Source: an uncultured Chloroflexia bacterium | GTDB taxonomy: Bacteria; Chloroflexota; Anaerolineae; CG2-30-64-16 | Reading direction: 5' to 3' | DNA length: 64,000 nt | NCBI GenBank assembly: GCA_963810095.1 | Contig: CAWEMM010000010.1 | Location: 96,001-160,000 of the forward strand | Part shown: in pieces, positions 1 to 8,791 of the stretch | Layout: every line of letters begins with the position of its first letter | Position numbering within the stretch: the first letter of the stretch is position 1 | The notes under the pieces: model-generated | Database searches by the model: none | Told to the model about the DNA's origin: nothing | Seen by the model: only the letters and a program-made list of their open reading frames with translations | Made by a program: the position numbers and the translations under genes

Positions 1-216
1 TGTTCACGACACTGTCTCCTTGCTCGCCGAACGAGCGCTCGCTGCGCCGCGAGCCCTATTCTCTGCTGACAGTCAAGGTGCGCCTTCGAACCAATTGCCG
101 TGCGTAGCCAGTGCAACTATTCTACAATACGATTACAAAGAGCGCAAGCGGGAACCGAGGCCGGTTAGCGGGCGTTCTCACAAACAGAGTTGTATTGAGC
201 GAAGGGGAAGTGAGCT

Positions 217-1470
217 GTGCGGAAGTTAGGGCGGCTGCTAGCAGTTGTGTCGTTGGGGATGGCGCTTATGGCAAGGCGCAGGGTGCGCTGGGGCAGCCTC
301 GATCCGAGCCTTTTGCCCTATACCGGAAAGCTGATGGCGCAGGCTTTGTCGCCGGTGTGGACCACTGTGGGCGCGCTGGCGGCAATCATCGGGCTGATTG
401 CCGGCGACAAGGCGGCCGCAGTGGGCGGCGTACTGGGTACGGCGATCGTCGCCGACACGATGCGGCGGGTGTTGGCGCCGCATCACGGGTTCGAGCAGGC
501 GTTTGGGCCGGCGTGGGACGAGCGCATTCCTGCGGCGCGCAAGGCGCATCTCCCGCGTCGTTGGAACGGCTATCTGCGGCCCGTGCGCACGGCCGGTGTC
601 CACCGCGACGTCCCCTACGCCGTGCTGCCGGGCGGGCGGCAGTTGTTGTGCGATATCTGGCAGCCGCCGGCCGGGGTCGAGACGTCCGGCGTTGCCATGG
701 TCTACCTGCACGGCGGGGGCTGGCAGGCGATGGACAAGGACTCGGGCACTCGGCCGTTCTTCCGCCACCTGGCCGCCCAGGGACACGTCATCATGGACGT
801 GTCCTACCGCCTGTGTCCTGAGACAGATTTGCAGGGCATGGTCGGCGACGTCAAGCGGGCAGTGGCGTGGATGCGAGTGCATGCGTTTGAGTACGGCGCC
901 GACCCGGACCGCATCGTGCTGGCCGGCGCCTCGGCCGGTGGGCACCTGGCCTTGCTGGGGGCTTATACGGCCGGCGTGCGGGCGCTGTCTCCATTCGAAA
1001 ATTTCGCGGACGCGGCGGTTCGCGGGGTTATTGCGTGGTATGCCCCCGCAGACCTGACCCGTTATTCGGGGGACCGGTTTCCGCGTGATTGGCCGCTGTT
1101 CGTCCGGGTGGCCCACCGGCTGGGCATGATCAATTCGCCCGACCACCTGAGTTGGGTTGACCTTGAGCGTAAGCTGCTGGGTGCGCCGATCCGGGAGGCC
1201 CGCGAGCAGGTCGCGCTGCTCTCGCCGATCACTTACGTGGGCCCACATTGTCCGCCGACGCTCATGATCTATGGCACCCACGACGGCTTGATCCCCATCG
1301 AGGACCCGCGCAGCCTGTACGCCGCGCTGCAGGAGTGCAAGGTGCCCGCCGTGTACCTGGAATTGCCGTGGGTCGATCACGCGTTTGACATGGCGGCGCC
1401 GCATTTGTCGCCTGCCGCGCAGGCCGCGTATCAAGACGTGGAGCAGTTCCTGGCGCTGATGGCGGGCTAA
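217..1470 (+). CDS. Membrane-anchored alpha/beta hydrolase (HSL-like esterase)
   Basis: HGGG oxyanion motif, GASAG nucleophile elbow, downstream Asp (HDGLIP) and His (DHAFD); hydrophobic N-terminus. Confidence 0.85.
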   Translation: MRKLGRLLAVVSLGMALMARRRVRWGSLDPSLLPYTGKLMAQALSPVWTTVGALAAIIGLIAGDKAAAVGGVLGTAIVADTMRRVLAPHHGFEQAFGPAWDERIPAARKAHLPRRWNGYLRPVRTAGVHRDVPYAVLPGGRQLLCDIWQPPAGVETSGVAMVYLHGGGWQAMDKDSGTRPFFRHLAAQGHVIMDVSYRLCPETDLQGMVGDVKRAVAWMRVHAFEYGADPDRIVLAGASAGGHLALLGAYTAGVRALSPFENFADAAVRGVIAWYAPADLTRYSGDRFPRDWPLFVRVAHRLGMINSPDHLSWVDLERKLLGAPIREAREQVALLSPITYVGPHCPPTLMIYGTHDGLIPIEDPRSLYAALQECKVPAVYLELPWVDHAFDMAAPHLSPAAQAAYQDVEQFLALMAG

Positions 1471-3221
1471 GCGGGATCCGAGTCGGGGTTAGGTCGGAGG
1501 GGGAGTCTGACTTCAGGCTGCAGCACGGGCAGCCAGAGATAGAACGTGGTGCCCTTGTCGAGCTCCGACTCGACGGTGATCTGCCCGCCCGCCCGCTCGA
1601 CGATCTCCTTGACGATCGACAGGCCCAGGCCGGTGCCCATGCGCGAAACCGACTTGGCGTTGTCTGCCCGGAAGAACTCGGAGAAGAGGCGGGTCATCGC
1701 CTCTTTAGGGATGCCGATGCCGGTGTCGGCGACGCCGGCGATCAGGCGGTCGCCCTCGCGGGCGAGGGTCACCGTGACGTTTCCTCCATCGCGGTTGTAC
1801 TTAATCGCGTTACTGACCAGGTTGTTCCAGAGGCTCCTGATCTGATCGGGGTTGGCCAGCACCGGAGGCAGGTCGGATCCGATATGGGTTTCGACCGTAA
1901 TGCCCCGTTCCTTGGCGCTGCCGGTTAGCAGTTCTACCTGTTCGCACAAAAGTTTCTCGATCTGGATCGGCTGGACGAGCCCGCGGGCATCTGCAGAGCC
2001 AATCCGGCCGAGTTCGAGCAGGTCGGCGATGAGGGCCAGTTGCTCCATCGCCCGGCGCTCGGCCTTTTCGAGGGTTTCGCGGACCTTGTTTTGCGGGACA
2101 TAGCCTTCGAGGATGAGCTTGAGGTAGCTCTGGATGGCCGCCACCGGCGCGCGCAACTCGTGCGTCGTGAGCAGGGTGAACTGGGCACGAACGTCTTCGA
2201 GCTCGCGGAGCTTTCGGTTGGCCAACGCCAACTCGTCGTTGAGGCGTTCGAGCTCGTGCCGCCGGGCGCTGCACTCGGCATTCGCGGCCCGCAGCAGATC
2301 GTTGAGGTCGGCCATGTGGCTGCTGCGCGTCTCCAGGCGATCGAGCGCTTCCCGCAGCCGGGCGTTGACCTGCGCCAACTCCTCGCGCCGGGCCTTACAC
2401 TCGGCATTTGCAACCCGGAGCTGCTCGTTCAATTCGCTCATGTGGCTCGACCGGTTCTGAAGCCGGTCGTATGCGGTTTGGAGTTCCGCGTAGGCTGCAT
2501 CGAGGTGCGCCCGGCTGTGGTGCAGTTCTTCATTCGCCGCCCGCAGCTGTTCGTTCAGGTGGCGCATCTCGGCCGCTCGCTCTTCCGCCCGCACCTGGTT
2601 TTCCTCCAGGTCACGAGTGCGCGAGTGGAGCATGCCGACCAGGGCACTGGTTCCCGCGGCGGCCAGGAAGGTCGTCACCGCGACGGCAACGCATTGTGCG
2701 AACGCGTAAGCGGCCGCCTCAGAGACCGCCGTTGGTTGGGGCATGAGGGGGTGATGTGGCAGCAGGCCGGCCCATTCAGAGATGACGACGGCGGAGTATA
2801 GGGCCGTGGCAAGGCCTGCCGCTCCCAGCGCCGCGCCTCGGCCGAGCAGGACAGCAGCGACAATGACGGGGAACGCATACAACGGGTAGAAGGGATTCTC
2901 CGCCCCGCCCGCAAAGTGGATGACCAAGGTCAGTCCCACGACGTCGGCGAATACCTGGAGGGCGGTGAGGCGCACCCGGGCCGCGGGGCCCGGCTCACGC
3001 GCTGCTCCATTCGAGGGCCGCATGTAAGCGAGGATGCCCAGGCTGAGGGCGGCCAGCAGGCCGAGCGTCAGCGCGAGGGGGGCCAGTTCAAGGGCAGGCG
3101 AAACCTGCGCGACGACCACGGCCAGGAGAAGCGCACCCGCCAATATAATGAGCCGCGCGATGGCAAGCCAGCGCAGTCGAGCCGCCGGAATGGAGGCCGC
3201 GCCAGGAGTGGTCTGAGTCAT
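1467..3221 (-). CDS. Membrane sensor histidine kinase with long coiled-coil linker
   Basis: Several N-terminal TM helices; H-box THELRAP, N-box NLVSNAIKY, G boxes DTGIG and GTGLGL. Confidence 0.93.
   Translation of the reverse strand: MTQTTPGAASIPAARLRWLAIARLIILAGALLLAVVVAQVSPALELAPLALTLGLLAALSLGILAYMRPSNGAAREPGPAARVRLTALQVFADVVGLTLVIHFAGGAENPFYPLYAFPVIVAAVLLGRGAALGAAGLATALYSAVVISEWAGLLPHHPLMPQPTAVSEAAAYAFAQCVAVAVTTFLAAAGTSALVGMLHSRTRDLEENQVRAEERAAEMRHLNEQLRAANEELHHSRAHLDAAYAELQTAYDRLQNRSSHMSELNEQLRVANAECKARREELAQVNARLREALDRLETRSSHMADLNDLLRAANAECSARRHELERLNDELALANRKLRELEDVRAQFTLLTTHELRAPVAAIQSYLKLILEGYVPQNKVRETLEKAERRAMEQLALIADLLELGRIGSADARGLVQPIQIEKLLCEQVELLTGSAKERGITVETHIGSDLPPVLANPDQIRSLWNNLVSNAIKYNRDGGNVTVTLAREGDRLIAGVADTGIGIPKEAMTRLFSEFFRADNAKSVSRMGTGLGLSIVKEIVERAGGQITVESELDKGTTFYLWLPVLQPEVRLPLRPNPDSDPA
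2208..2585 (-). repeat. Three in-frame 126-bp (42-aa) coiled-coil repeats within the kinase
   Basis: EMRHLNEQLRAANEEL / HMSELNEQLRVANAEC / HMADLNDLLRAANAEC at an exact 42-residue period. Confidence 0.85.
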
Positions 3222-3249
3222 CGGATCATCCGGGGGGGCAATGCTGCCA

Positions 3250-3726
3250 TCAAGGCACGTCGAACTGCTCGCAGATGGCCGCGTACGCCTCCTTCAAGTC
3301 AGAAAGGGCAATGATACAGTTGACCGTCGAGATCGAGGTGCTGATTGCCAGGATGTTGATGCCACGGGCCGCCAGCGTACGAAACATCCGCCCTGCGATG
3401 CCCGGGCGCTCGCGGAAGTCAGGACCGAAGATGGCGATGGATGCTACCTCGGGTCGGGGCTCGAGTGCGGCGGGCTGCATCTCAGGACGCAGCGCCTCGA
3501 CGGCGGCCAGGGCGTTCGGCAGGTCACCCCGGTCGACACACAACACCATCTGGTCGTGCTGCTCGTGATCGATCACCTGCACCACAAACTGCACGTTCAG
3601 CCCGCGCTCGCCGAGGGCATCGAGCACGGCGGCGGCGATCCCCGGCCGGTCCTTCACCGCCAGCACGCTCACACTGGCCAATTGGTCGTTCTGAATGACC
3701 CCACCCACTTTGATCTTGTCGGTCAT
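3250..3726 (-). CDS. Stand-alone tandem ACT-domain protein (aspartokinase beta-like)
   Basis: Two ACT motifs, DRPGIAAAVLDAL and ERPGIAGRMFRTLAARGINILAISTS; no kinase domain. Confidence 0.85.
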   Translation of the reverse strand: MTDKIKVGGVIQNDQLASVSVLAVKDRPGIAAAVLDALGERGLNVQFVVQVIDHEQHDQMVLCVDRGDLPNALAAVEALRPEMQPAALEPRPEVASIAIFGPDFRERPGIAGRMFRTLAARGINILAISTSISTVNCIIALSDLKEAYAAICEQFDVP

Positions 3727-3740
3727 TTTACCTCACTGCA

Positions 3741-4133
3741 CTAGGCGGCTGTCAGCGCGAGCAGGCGGTCGACCTGCCGCAGCAGCTCGGCCGGCGCGAT
3801 GGGCTTGGTCAGGAACGCATCGATGTGGATGCTTTCGTCGGTCGGGAACAACGCCAGGTAGTCGGTGTTCGCAATCGAGGTGACCATGACCACGGGCACG
3901 TGCTTGTAGTCGGGATCGTCCGCCATCCGCTGGCTCATGCTCAGCCCGTCGAGCACCGAGGACATGATCACGTCCAGCACGACCAGGTCCGGCTTCTCGC
4001 GGCCCAGCACTAGCATGCCCTGGTCGCTATTTCCCGCGCTCACCACCTGATAATCGGCTTTTTCGAGCACAAGTCGCGAGTATTCTACAAAGTCCGGGTC
4101 GTCGTCGACGATGAGGATTTTGGCCTTCGACAT
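3741..4133 (-). CDS. Single-domain response regulator (receiver)
   Basis: ILIVDDDPDF, PDLVVLD, FLTKP; start placed at ATG 4133. Confidence 0.9.
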   Translation of the reverse strand: MSKAKILIVDDDPDFVEYSRLVLEKADYQVVSAGNSDQGMLVLGREKPDLVVLDVIMSSVLDGLSMSQRMADDPDYKHVPVVMVTSIANTDYLALFPTDESIHIDAFLTKPIAPAELLRQVDRLLALTAA

Positions 4134-4299
4134 TTGTCCACTCCCGCCGCTCGCGCGGTTTCTCAGTTGAGATGCTAGCGCCCGGAGGGGCACGCCTCGC
4201 AGCCTTTGCCGAGGCCGGGCCCCGCAAGCTCTACACGGTCCTTCTTGAACAGCCCCGGTCAATTAGTCTTATCTGTTCAATCAGTGTCCCATTTTTGAT

Positions 4300-5568
4300 T
4301 CAGTTGGCATGGATGCGCGCGACGAACTCGCTGCGGAAACGGTTTAGGCCCGAGCTGACGGGCTCGCACATCCCCGTGCCCATCGGGCAGAACGTGACAC
4401 CGGCAATGCCGCGCGTCAGTTCTTCGAGCTTGGTCAGCTCGCGACTCGTGCCGCGCCCGGCCGCGATCGTCTCCAGCGTGCGTAGCAGCTGTTCTCCGCC
4501 GACCCGGCACGGCGTGCAGCCGCCGCACGACTCGTGCACGAAGAAGCTCGTGATGCGCCGGGCCACCTCGACCATGTCGGTGGTTTCATCCATAACGATC
4601 ACGGCGCCGGTGCCCAATGCAGAGCCCGCGGCCTGGAGCGTTTCGAACGCCATAGGCGTGTCCAGTTGGTCGGCGGTCATAATCGGCGTGGACGCACCAC
4701 CGGGAATTACGGCTTTGACATTCCGGCCGAGTCGGACGCCGCCGGCATGCTCGTAAATCACCTCGCGCAGCGTGACCCCAAGCGGCAGCTCATAGTTGCC
4801 GGGGCGGTTTACATGGCCGCTCACGCAGAAGATCTTGGGCCCCTTGCTCTGGCTGGTGCCGATCGTTGTATACCACTCGGCGCCACAGCGGATGATGTGG
4901 GGGATGTTGGCCAGCGTTTCGACGTTCTGAACGAGCGTCGGTTGGCCCCACAGCCCCACCTGGGCGGGATACGGCGGCTTGAGGCGCGGCTGCCCGCGGC
5001 TGCCCTCGAGCGACTCGATCATGGCCGTCTCTTCGCCACAAATATACGCGCCCGCGCCGCGATGCACCGAGACGTCCAAGTCAAACCCGCTCCCAAGGAT
5101 GTTCTTCCCCAAAAAGCCGTGCTGATATGCGTCGGCAATGGCCTTGATCCAGCGCTTGACCCCCAGGAAGAACTCGCCCCGGATATAGACGAACGCCCGC
5201 CGCGCACCGATGGCGTATGCAGCAATGATGACGCCTTCGAGGATCGAGTGCGGATCGCGCTCGACGATCAAACGATCCTTGAATGTGCCGGGCTCGCCCT
5301 CATCCGTGTTCACGGCCAGGTACTTCACCGGGGCATCCTTCGGGATGAACCCCCACTTCGTGCCCGTGGGAAAGCCAGCGCCCCCACGGCCTCGCAGGCC
5401 TGACGCCTTGACCTCCGCAATGATCTGGTCAGGCGACATCGTCAGCGCCTTGCGCAGGGCTTCGTACCCGCCGGTCTGCAGGTAGGTAGTTATCTTCTCC
5501 GAGTTGGGCTTCGTGACCCGTGAGAGGAGCACGGGGGCCCACTGCGCCGCGCCATTGGCAGATGCCAT
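4300..5568 (-). CDS. nuoF: NuoF/HoxF-like FMN/NADH-binding subunit
   Basis: GRGGAGFPTG, DEGEPG, GAGAYICGEE; [4Fe-4S] motif CGGCTPC...C. Confidence 0.9.
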   Translation of the reverse strand: MASANGAAQWAPVLLSRVTKPNSEKITTYLQTGGYEALRKALTMSPDQIIAEVKASGLRGRGGAGFPTGTKWGFIPKDAPVKYLAVNTDEGEPGTFKDRLIVERDPHSILEGVIIAAYAIGARRAFVYIRGEFFLGVKRWIKAIADAYQHGFLGKNILGSGFDLDVSVHRGAGAYICGEETAMIESLEGSRGQPRLKPPYPAQVGLWGQPTLVQNVETLANIPHIIRCGAEWYTTIGTSQSKGPKIFCVSGHVNRPGNYELPLGVTLREVIYEHAGGVRLGRNVKAVIPGGASTPIMTADQLDTPMAFETLQAAGSALGTGAVIVMDETTDMVEVARRITSFFVHESCGGCTPCRVGGEQLLRTLETIAAGRGTSRELTKLEELTRGIAGVTFCPMGTGMCEPVSSGLNRFRSEFVARIHAN

Positions 5569-5569
5569 A

Positions 5570-6043
5570 TCACACCTCCCCCATCAGCCGTTCGAGGATG
5601 GCGTCGATCGCCGCGGGTGTCAGATTCTCGTACAGTTGATCGTTGACGCGCATGGCCGGCGCGGTGCCGCACGAGGCCAGGCACTGGACCATTTCGAGCG
5701 TGAAGCGTCCATCGGGGGTCGACTCGCCGGGGCTCAAGCTGAGCTTGGTGCCCACGTAGTCGGCGACCCTTTCCGCACCCTCGCAGAGGTAGCATGACAG
5801 GCCGTCACACACCTGGATCACGTAGCGGCCGACGGGCTCCGTGCGAAACAAGGTGTAGAAGCTGGCCGTGCTGTAGACGTCGCCTGCACGCAATCCCAGC
5901 CGCTTGGCAACCCGCTCGACGGCCTCTTTCGTGAGGTAACCCTTTTGCTCCTGCGCGATATAGAGCGCGGCCAGCAACACCGACTGCTTGGCGGGGTCGA
6001 CAATCGCCGATCCCACCGGTCTCGCTTGGGCGTCCCCGTTCAT
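5570..6043 (-). CDS. nuoE: NuoE/HoxE-like [2Fe-2S] subunit
   Basis: TASFYTLF, CDGLSC and CLASCGTAP. Confidence 0.9.
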   Translation of the reverse strand: MNGDAQARPVGSAIVDPAKQSVLLAALYIAQEQKGYLTKEAVERVAKRLGLRAGDVYSTASFYTLFRTEPVGRYVIQVCDGLSCYLCEGAERVADYVGTKLSLSPGESTPDGRFTLEMVQCLASCGTAPAMRVNDQLYENLTPAAIDAILERLMGEV

Positions 6044-6122
6044 CTGGACTCCTCTCTCCTCGGCGCACCGGGCAAAACGAGCGTGTCGTTGCAGGTGCCG
6101 GGACTATGCGGCTGGCTTGGAC

Positions 6123-6563
6123 TCAGGCTCCTCCCGCGGACGATCCGCCTGGAGATGGCGCCGGTCCCGAATTGCCCAAAATGCTGGCGACCTGGGCCAG
6201 TAATTCATCAGGGCTGATGGGTTTGCTGAGAAAGCGATCGACCATGGCCCGTTCGTCGGTGGGCAGAAAGCGGTCTTCGTCCTCACTGAGGACGGCGGAG
6301 ATTAGAATCAGGGGGATGTGGGCCAACTGGGGGTCGGTGCGCACGGAACGGATCATGCCTACGCCCGCCAATTCGTAGGACATCATGGCGTCGAGGAGGA
6401 CAAGATCGGGCGCGGTGGCATGCATGAGGGCCAGGCCTTCCATCGCATTGTGGGCCTCGTGGACCTCATACCCGTGCGCTTCCAGGACGATGTGCACGAA
6501 CTCACGAAAGTCCGGGTCGTCGTCGACAATGACGATCGACTGCGTCAACTTGGACACGGTCAA
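6123..6563 (-). CDS. Single-domain response regulator (receiver)
   Basis: IVDDDPDF, PDLVLLD, FLSKP. Confidence 0.88.
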   Translation of the reverse strand: MTVSKLTQSIVIVDDDPDFREFVHIVLEAHGYEVHEAHNAMEGLALMHATAPDLVLLDAMMSYELAGVGMIRSVRTDPQLAHIPLILISAVLSEDEDRFLPTDERAMVDRFLSKPISPDELLAQVASILGNSGPAPSPGGSSAGGA

Positions 6564-6574
6564 CTCCGCGGCGC

Positions 6575-6955
6575 TTAGTTTAGTAACTCGGCCACCTTGT
6601 TCAGCAGCACCTTGGGATCCACCGGCTTCGACAGCCAGGCGTCCATGTGCGGCTGCTGTTCCATGGGGAAGACGTGTGCGTAGGGCGTTTCGGCTATGGA
6701 CGACACCATGATTACCGGCATGAAGCGGGCGTCAGGGTCTTGGGACAGCTTCTCGCTTACATCCAGCCCGTCGAGCACCGTGGACATCATGATATCGAGG
6801 ATCATGAGGTCGGGCCGCAGGGCCTTGACCTGAGCCATGGCCTGGTTGCCATTGGCCGCGGTTACAACCTGGTAATCGTTCGATTCGAGGATCGTCCGCA
6901 TGATTTCGACGAAGTCGGGATCATCGTCGACGACGAGGATTTTGGCAGAAGACAT
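6575..6955 (-). CDS. Single-domain response regulator (receiver)
   Basis: ILVVDDDPDF, PDLMILD, WLSKP; the start may lie slightly further upstream. Confidence 0.88.
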   Translation of the reverse strand: MSSAKILVVDDDPDFVEIMRTILESNDYQVVTAANGNQAMAQVKALRPDLMILDIMMSTVLDGLDVSEKLSQDPDARFMPVIMVSSIAETPYAHVFPMEQQPHMDAWLSKPVDPKVLLNKVAELLN

Positions 6956-7064
6956 CTCTGGCTTGCTCCTTGCGATATTGCGATAGTCTACCATATTATG
7001 CCACCTGTCACAAGCTCCATGCAATGACGGGCATCAGGATTGCGGGGGATCAAAGTGGATGCTG

Positions 7065-7135
7065 ACCACAAAGGCTCGAAGACACGAAGCCACACGAAGC
7101 CTTTGTGAACCTTAGTGTCTCCGAGCCTTTGTGGT
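7065..7135. repeat. Intergenic palindrome, family A (CACAAAG(A/G)CAC(A/G)AAG)
   Basis: accacaaaggctcgaagacac ... gtgtctccgagcctttgtggt inverted repeat. Confidence 0.75.
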
Positions 7136-7187
7136 TAACCGCTTCGCACGTCGAGGCATGATAAAATGGCGGACGGGAGGGGATCCG

Positions 7188-7619
7188 ATGGAAGAGGAAT
7201 TGTTGGCCGTGCTCGACGCGCACCTGAAGAGCATCTGGGCCGGTGATCTGACGGCGTATCGAGCGACGACCGCAGAGGACGTCACGTTTTTCGAGTGGTA
7301 CATCAGCACCCAGCGCATCGATGGACTGGACTTTCACCTGCGTGAGACCGCGGCCCAGTTCCGGGCGGCGGAGGACCGGCGGCGTTCGGGCCAGCGTTAC
7401 GAGATCGAGCACGAGGTGCTGCAGCCCAAGATTCAAGTGTACGGCGACGTCGCGATCGTCACTTATACGCTGCTGATGCGCTACACGTCGTCCGACGTCG
7501 TGCGGCATACCGAACATAACGAAACACGGGTGTTTCACCGCCGGGCCGCGGGCTGGCAGCTCGTGCACTGCCACAAGTCGCCGATGTGGCCCGCCCCACA
7601 TGCACCGTCAGGCAGGTAG
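7188..7619 (+). CDS. NTF2/SnoaL-fold protein resembling the CaMKII association (hub) domain
   Basis: DGLDFH and ETRVFHRRAAGWQLVHCHKS resemble the hub signatures; SD GGGAGG precedes ATG 7188. Confidence 0.8.
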   Translation: MEEELLAVLDAHLKSIWAGDLTAYRATTAEDVTFFEWYISTQRIDGLDFHLRETAAQFRAAEDRRRSGQRYEIEHEVLQPKIQVYGDVAIVTYTLLMRYTSSDVVRHTEHNETRVFHRRAAGWQLVHCHKSPMWPAPHAPSGR

Positions 7620-7623
7620 GTCC

Positions 7624-8387
7624 ATGTCACAACTTGCGCTTATCACGGGCGCGTCGAGCGGCATCGGCGAGGAGTTCGGCCGGCAGCTCGCCGCCCGGGG
7701 ATACGATCTCGATCTTAACTGCGCGGCGTGCGGAGCGACTGGCTGCTCTCGCCACAGAGCTGACGCAAAAGCATGGGGTGCGGGTGGAGACGCTGCCCGC
7801 GGATCTCTCCATTCCCGATTGCATTGCGGCCGTGGCAGCACGGGCGCACGCGGGCGACGTCGACCTCCTGGTGAATAACGCCGGGTTCGGCATCGGAAAG
7901 AAGTTCGCCCACGCAGGGCTCGGCGGACAGGAGGCGATGCTGTCTGTTCATATCCAGGCGCCCATGCAGCTGATGCACGCCGTCCTGCCGGCCATGATCG
8001 AGCGCCACCGAGGCGGTGTGATTAATGTCGCCTCGCTCGCGGCCTATTTCTCACTTCCGACCGAGGCCAATTACACCGCGACGAAGGCATACCTGGTGCG
8101 CTTTTCGCGGGCGGTCCACGGCGAAGTGCGGCGCACGGGAGTGACGGTGCAAGCGCTCTGCCCCGGCTTCACCGTGTCTGAAATGCACATCGATCGCCAG
8201 ACGGGCGCAATTCAAGCGGCAGGGTCCTGCGTTTCTCTGGTCAGAGGCAAGCGAGGTTGTCGGCGCGTCGCTGCATGCGTTCGATCGCCGCAAGTCGCTC
8301 TGCGTGCCCGGAGGAATCAACAAGCTGGTTTACTGGATCGGGAAGCTCGGCGTGGCCGATGTCTTTCTGCCGTACTTCCTGCGCTAG
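7624..8387 (+). CDS. Short-chain dehydrogenase/reductase (frameshifted in this assembly)
   Basis: TGASSGIG, NNAG and YxxxK (YTATK) are spread over adjacent frames. Confidence 0.8.
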
Positions 8388-8395
8388 CGGATTGT

Positions 8396-8424
8396 TTGAC
8401 GCCGGCCCGCTCCGCTTCTATAAT
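8396..8424 (+). promoter_or_regulatory. Sigma70-type promoter for the PqqD/rSAM unit
   Basis: TTGACG-17 nt-TATAAT. Confidence 0.75.
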
Positions 8425-8494
8425 TATCGAACCTGCTCGGCAAGGGCTGCCGCAAAATCCCGCCGTTCATCGACCGGTCACTCAGGAGTAGTAG

Positions 8495-8776
8495 ATGTCC
8501 TCTCGCGATTTGCGCACGCCCGTGCGTAACCCTGCGACCGCTTCACGCGTCTTCAGTGGTGAGGCCGTCATTATCACACCCACAGAGAACACTGTTCGGA
8601 TGCTGAATGGGGTGGGCTCGCGCATCTGGGAGCTGGTTGACGGTGAGCGCACGGTCGAGCAAATCGGGGCCGTGTTGGCGGCCGAGTACGATATTCCGGC
8701 CGGCGACGCGACCGACAGCGCCGGACGCTTTGTCGACGAGCTCCTCGCCAAGGGGCTGCTCGAGCTCGCGGCCTGA
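8495..8776 (+). CDS. PqqD-family / RiPP recognition element protein
   Basis: 93 aa; LNGVGSRIWELVDGERTVEQI...FVDELLAKGLL winged-helix pattern; SD AGGAG. Confidence 0.92.
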   Translation: MSSRDLRTPVRNPATASRVFSGEAVIITPTENTVRMLNGVGSRIWELVDGERTVEQIGAVLAAEYDIPAGDATDSAGRFVDELLAKGLLELAA

Positions 8777-8791
8777 AGCCGGCGGAGCTGC

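Noticed and set aside
4300-6043. Part of a canonical nuo or hox operon
   Set aside because: No other subunits lie on either flank
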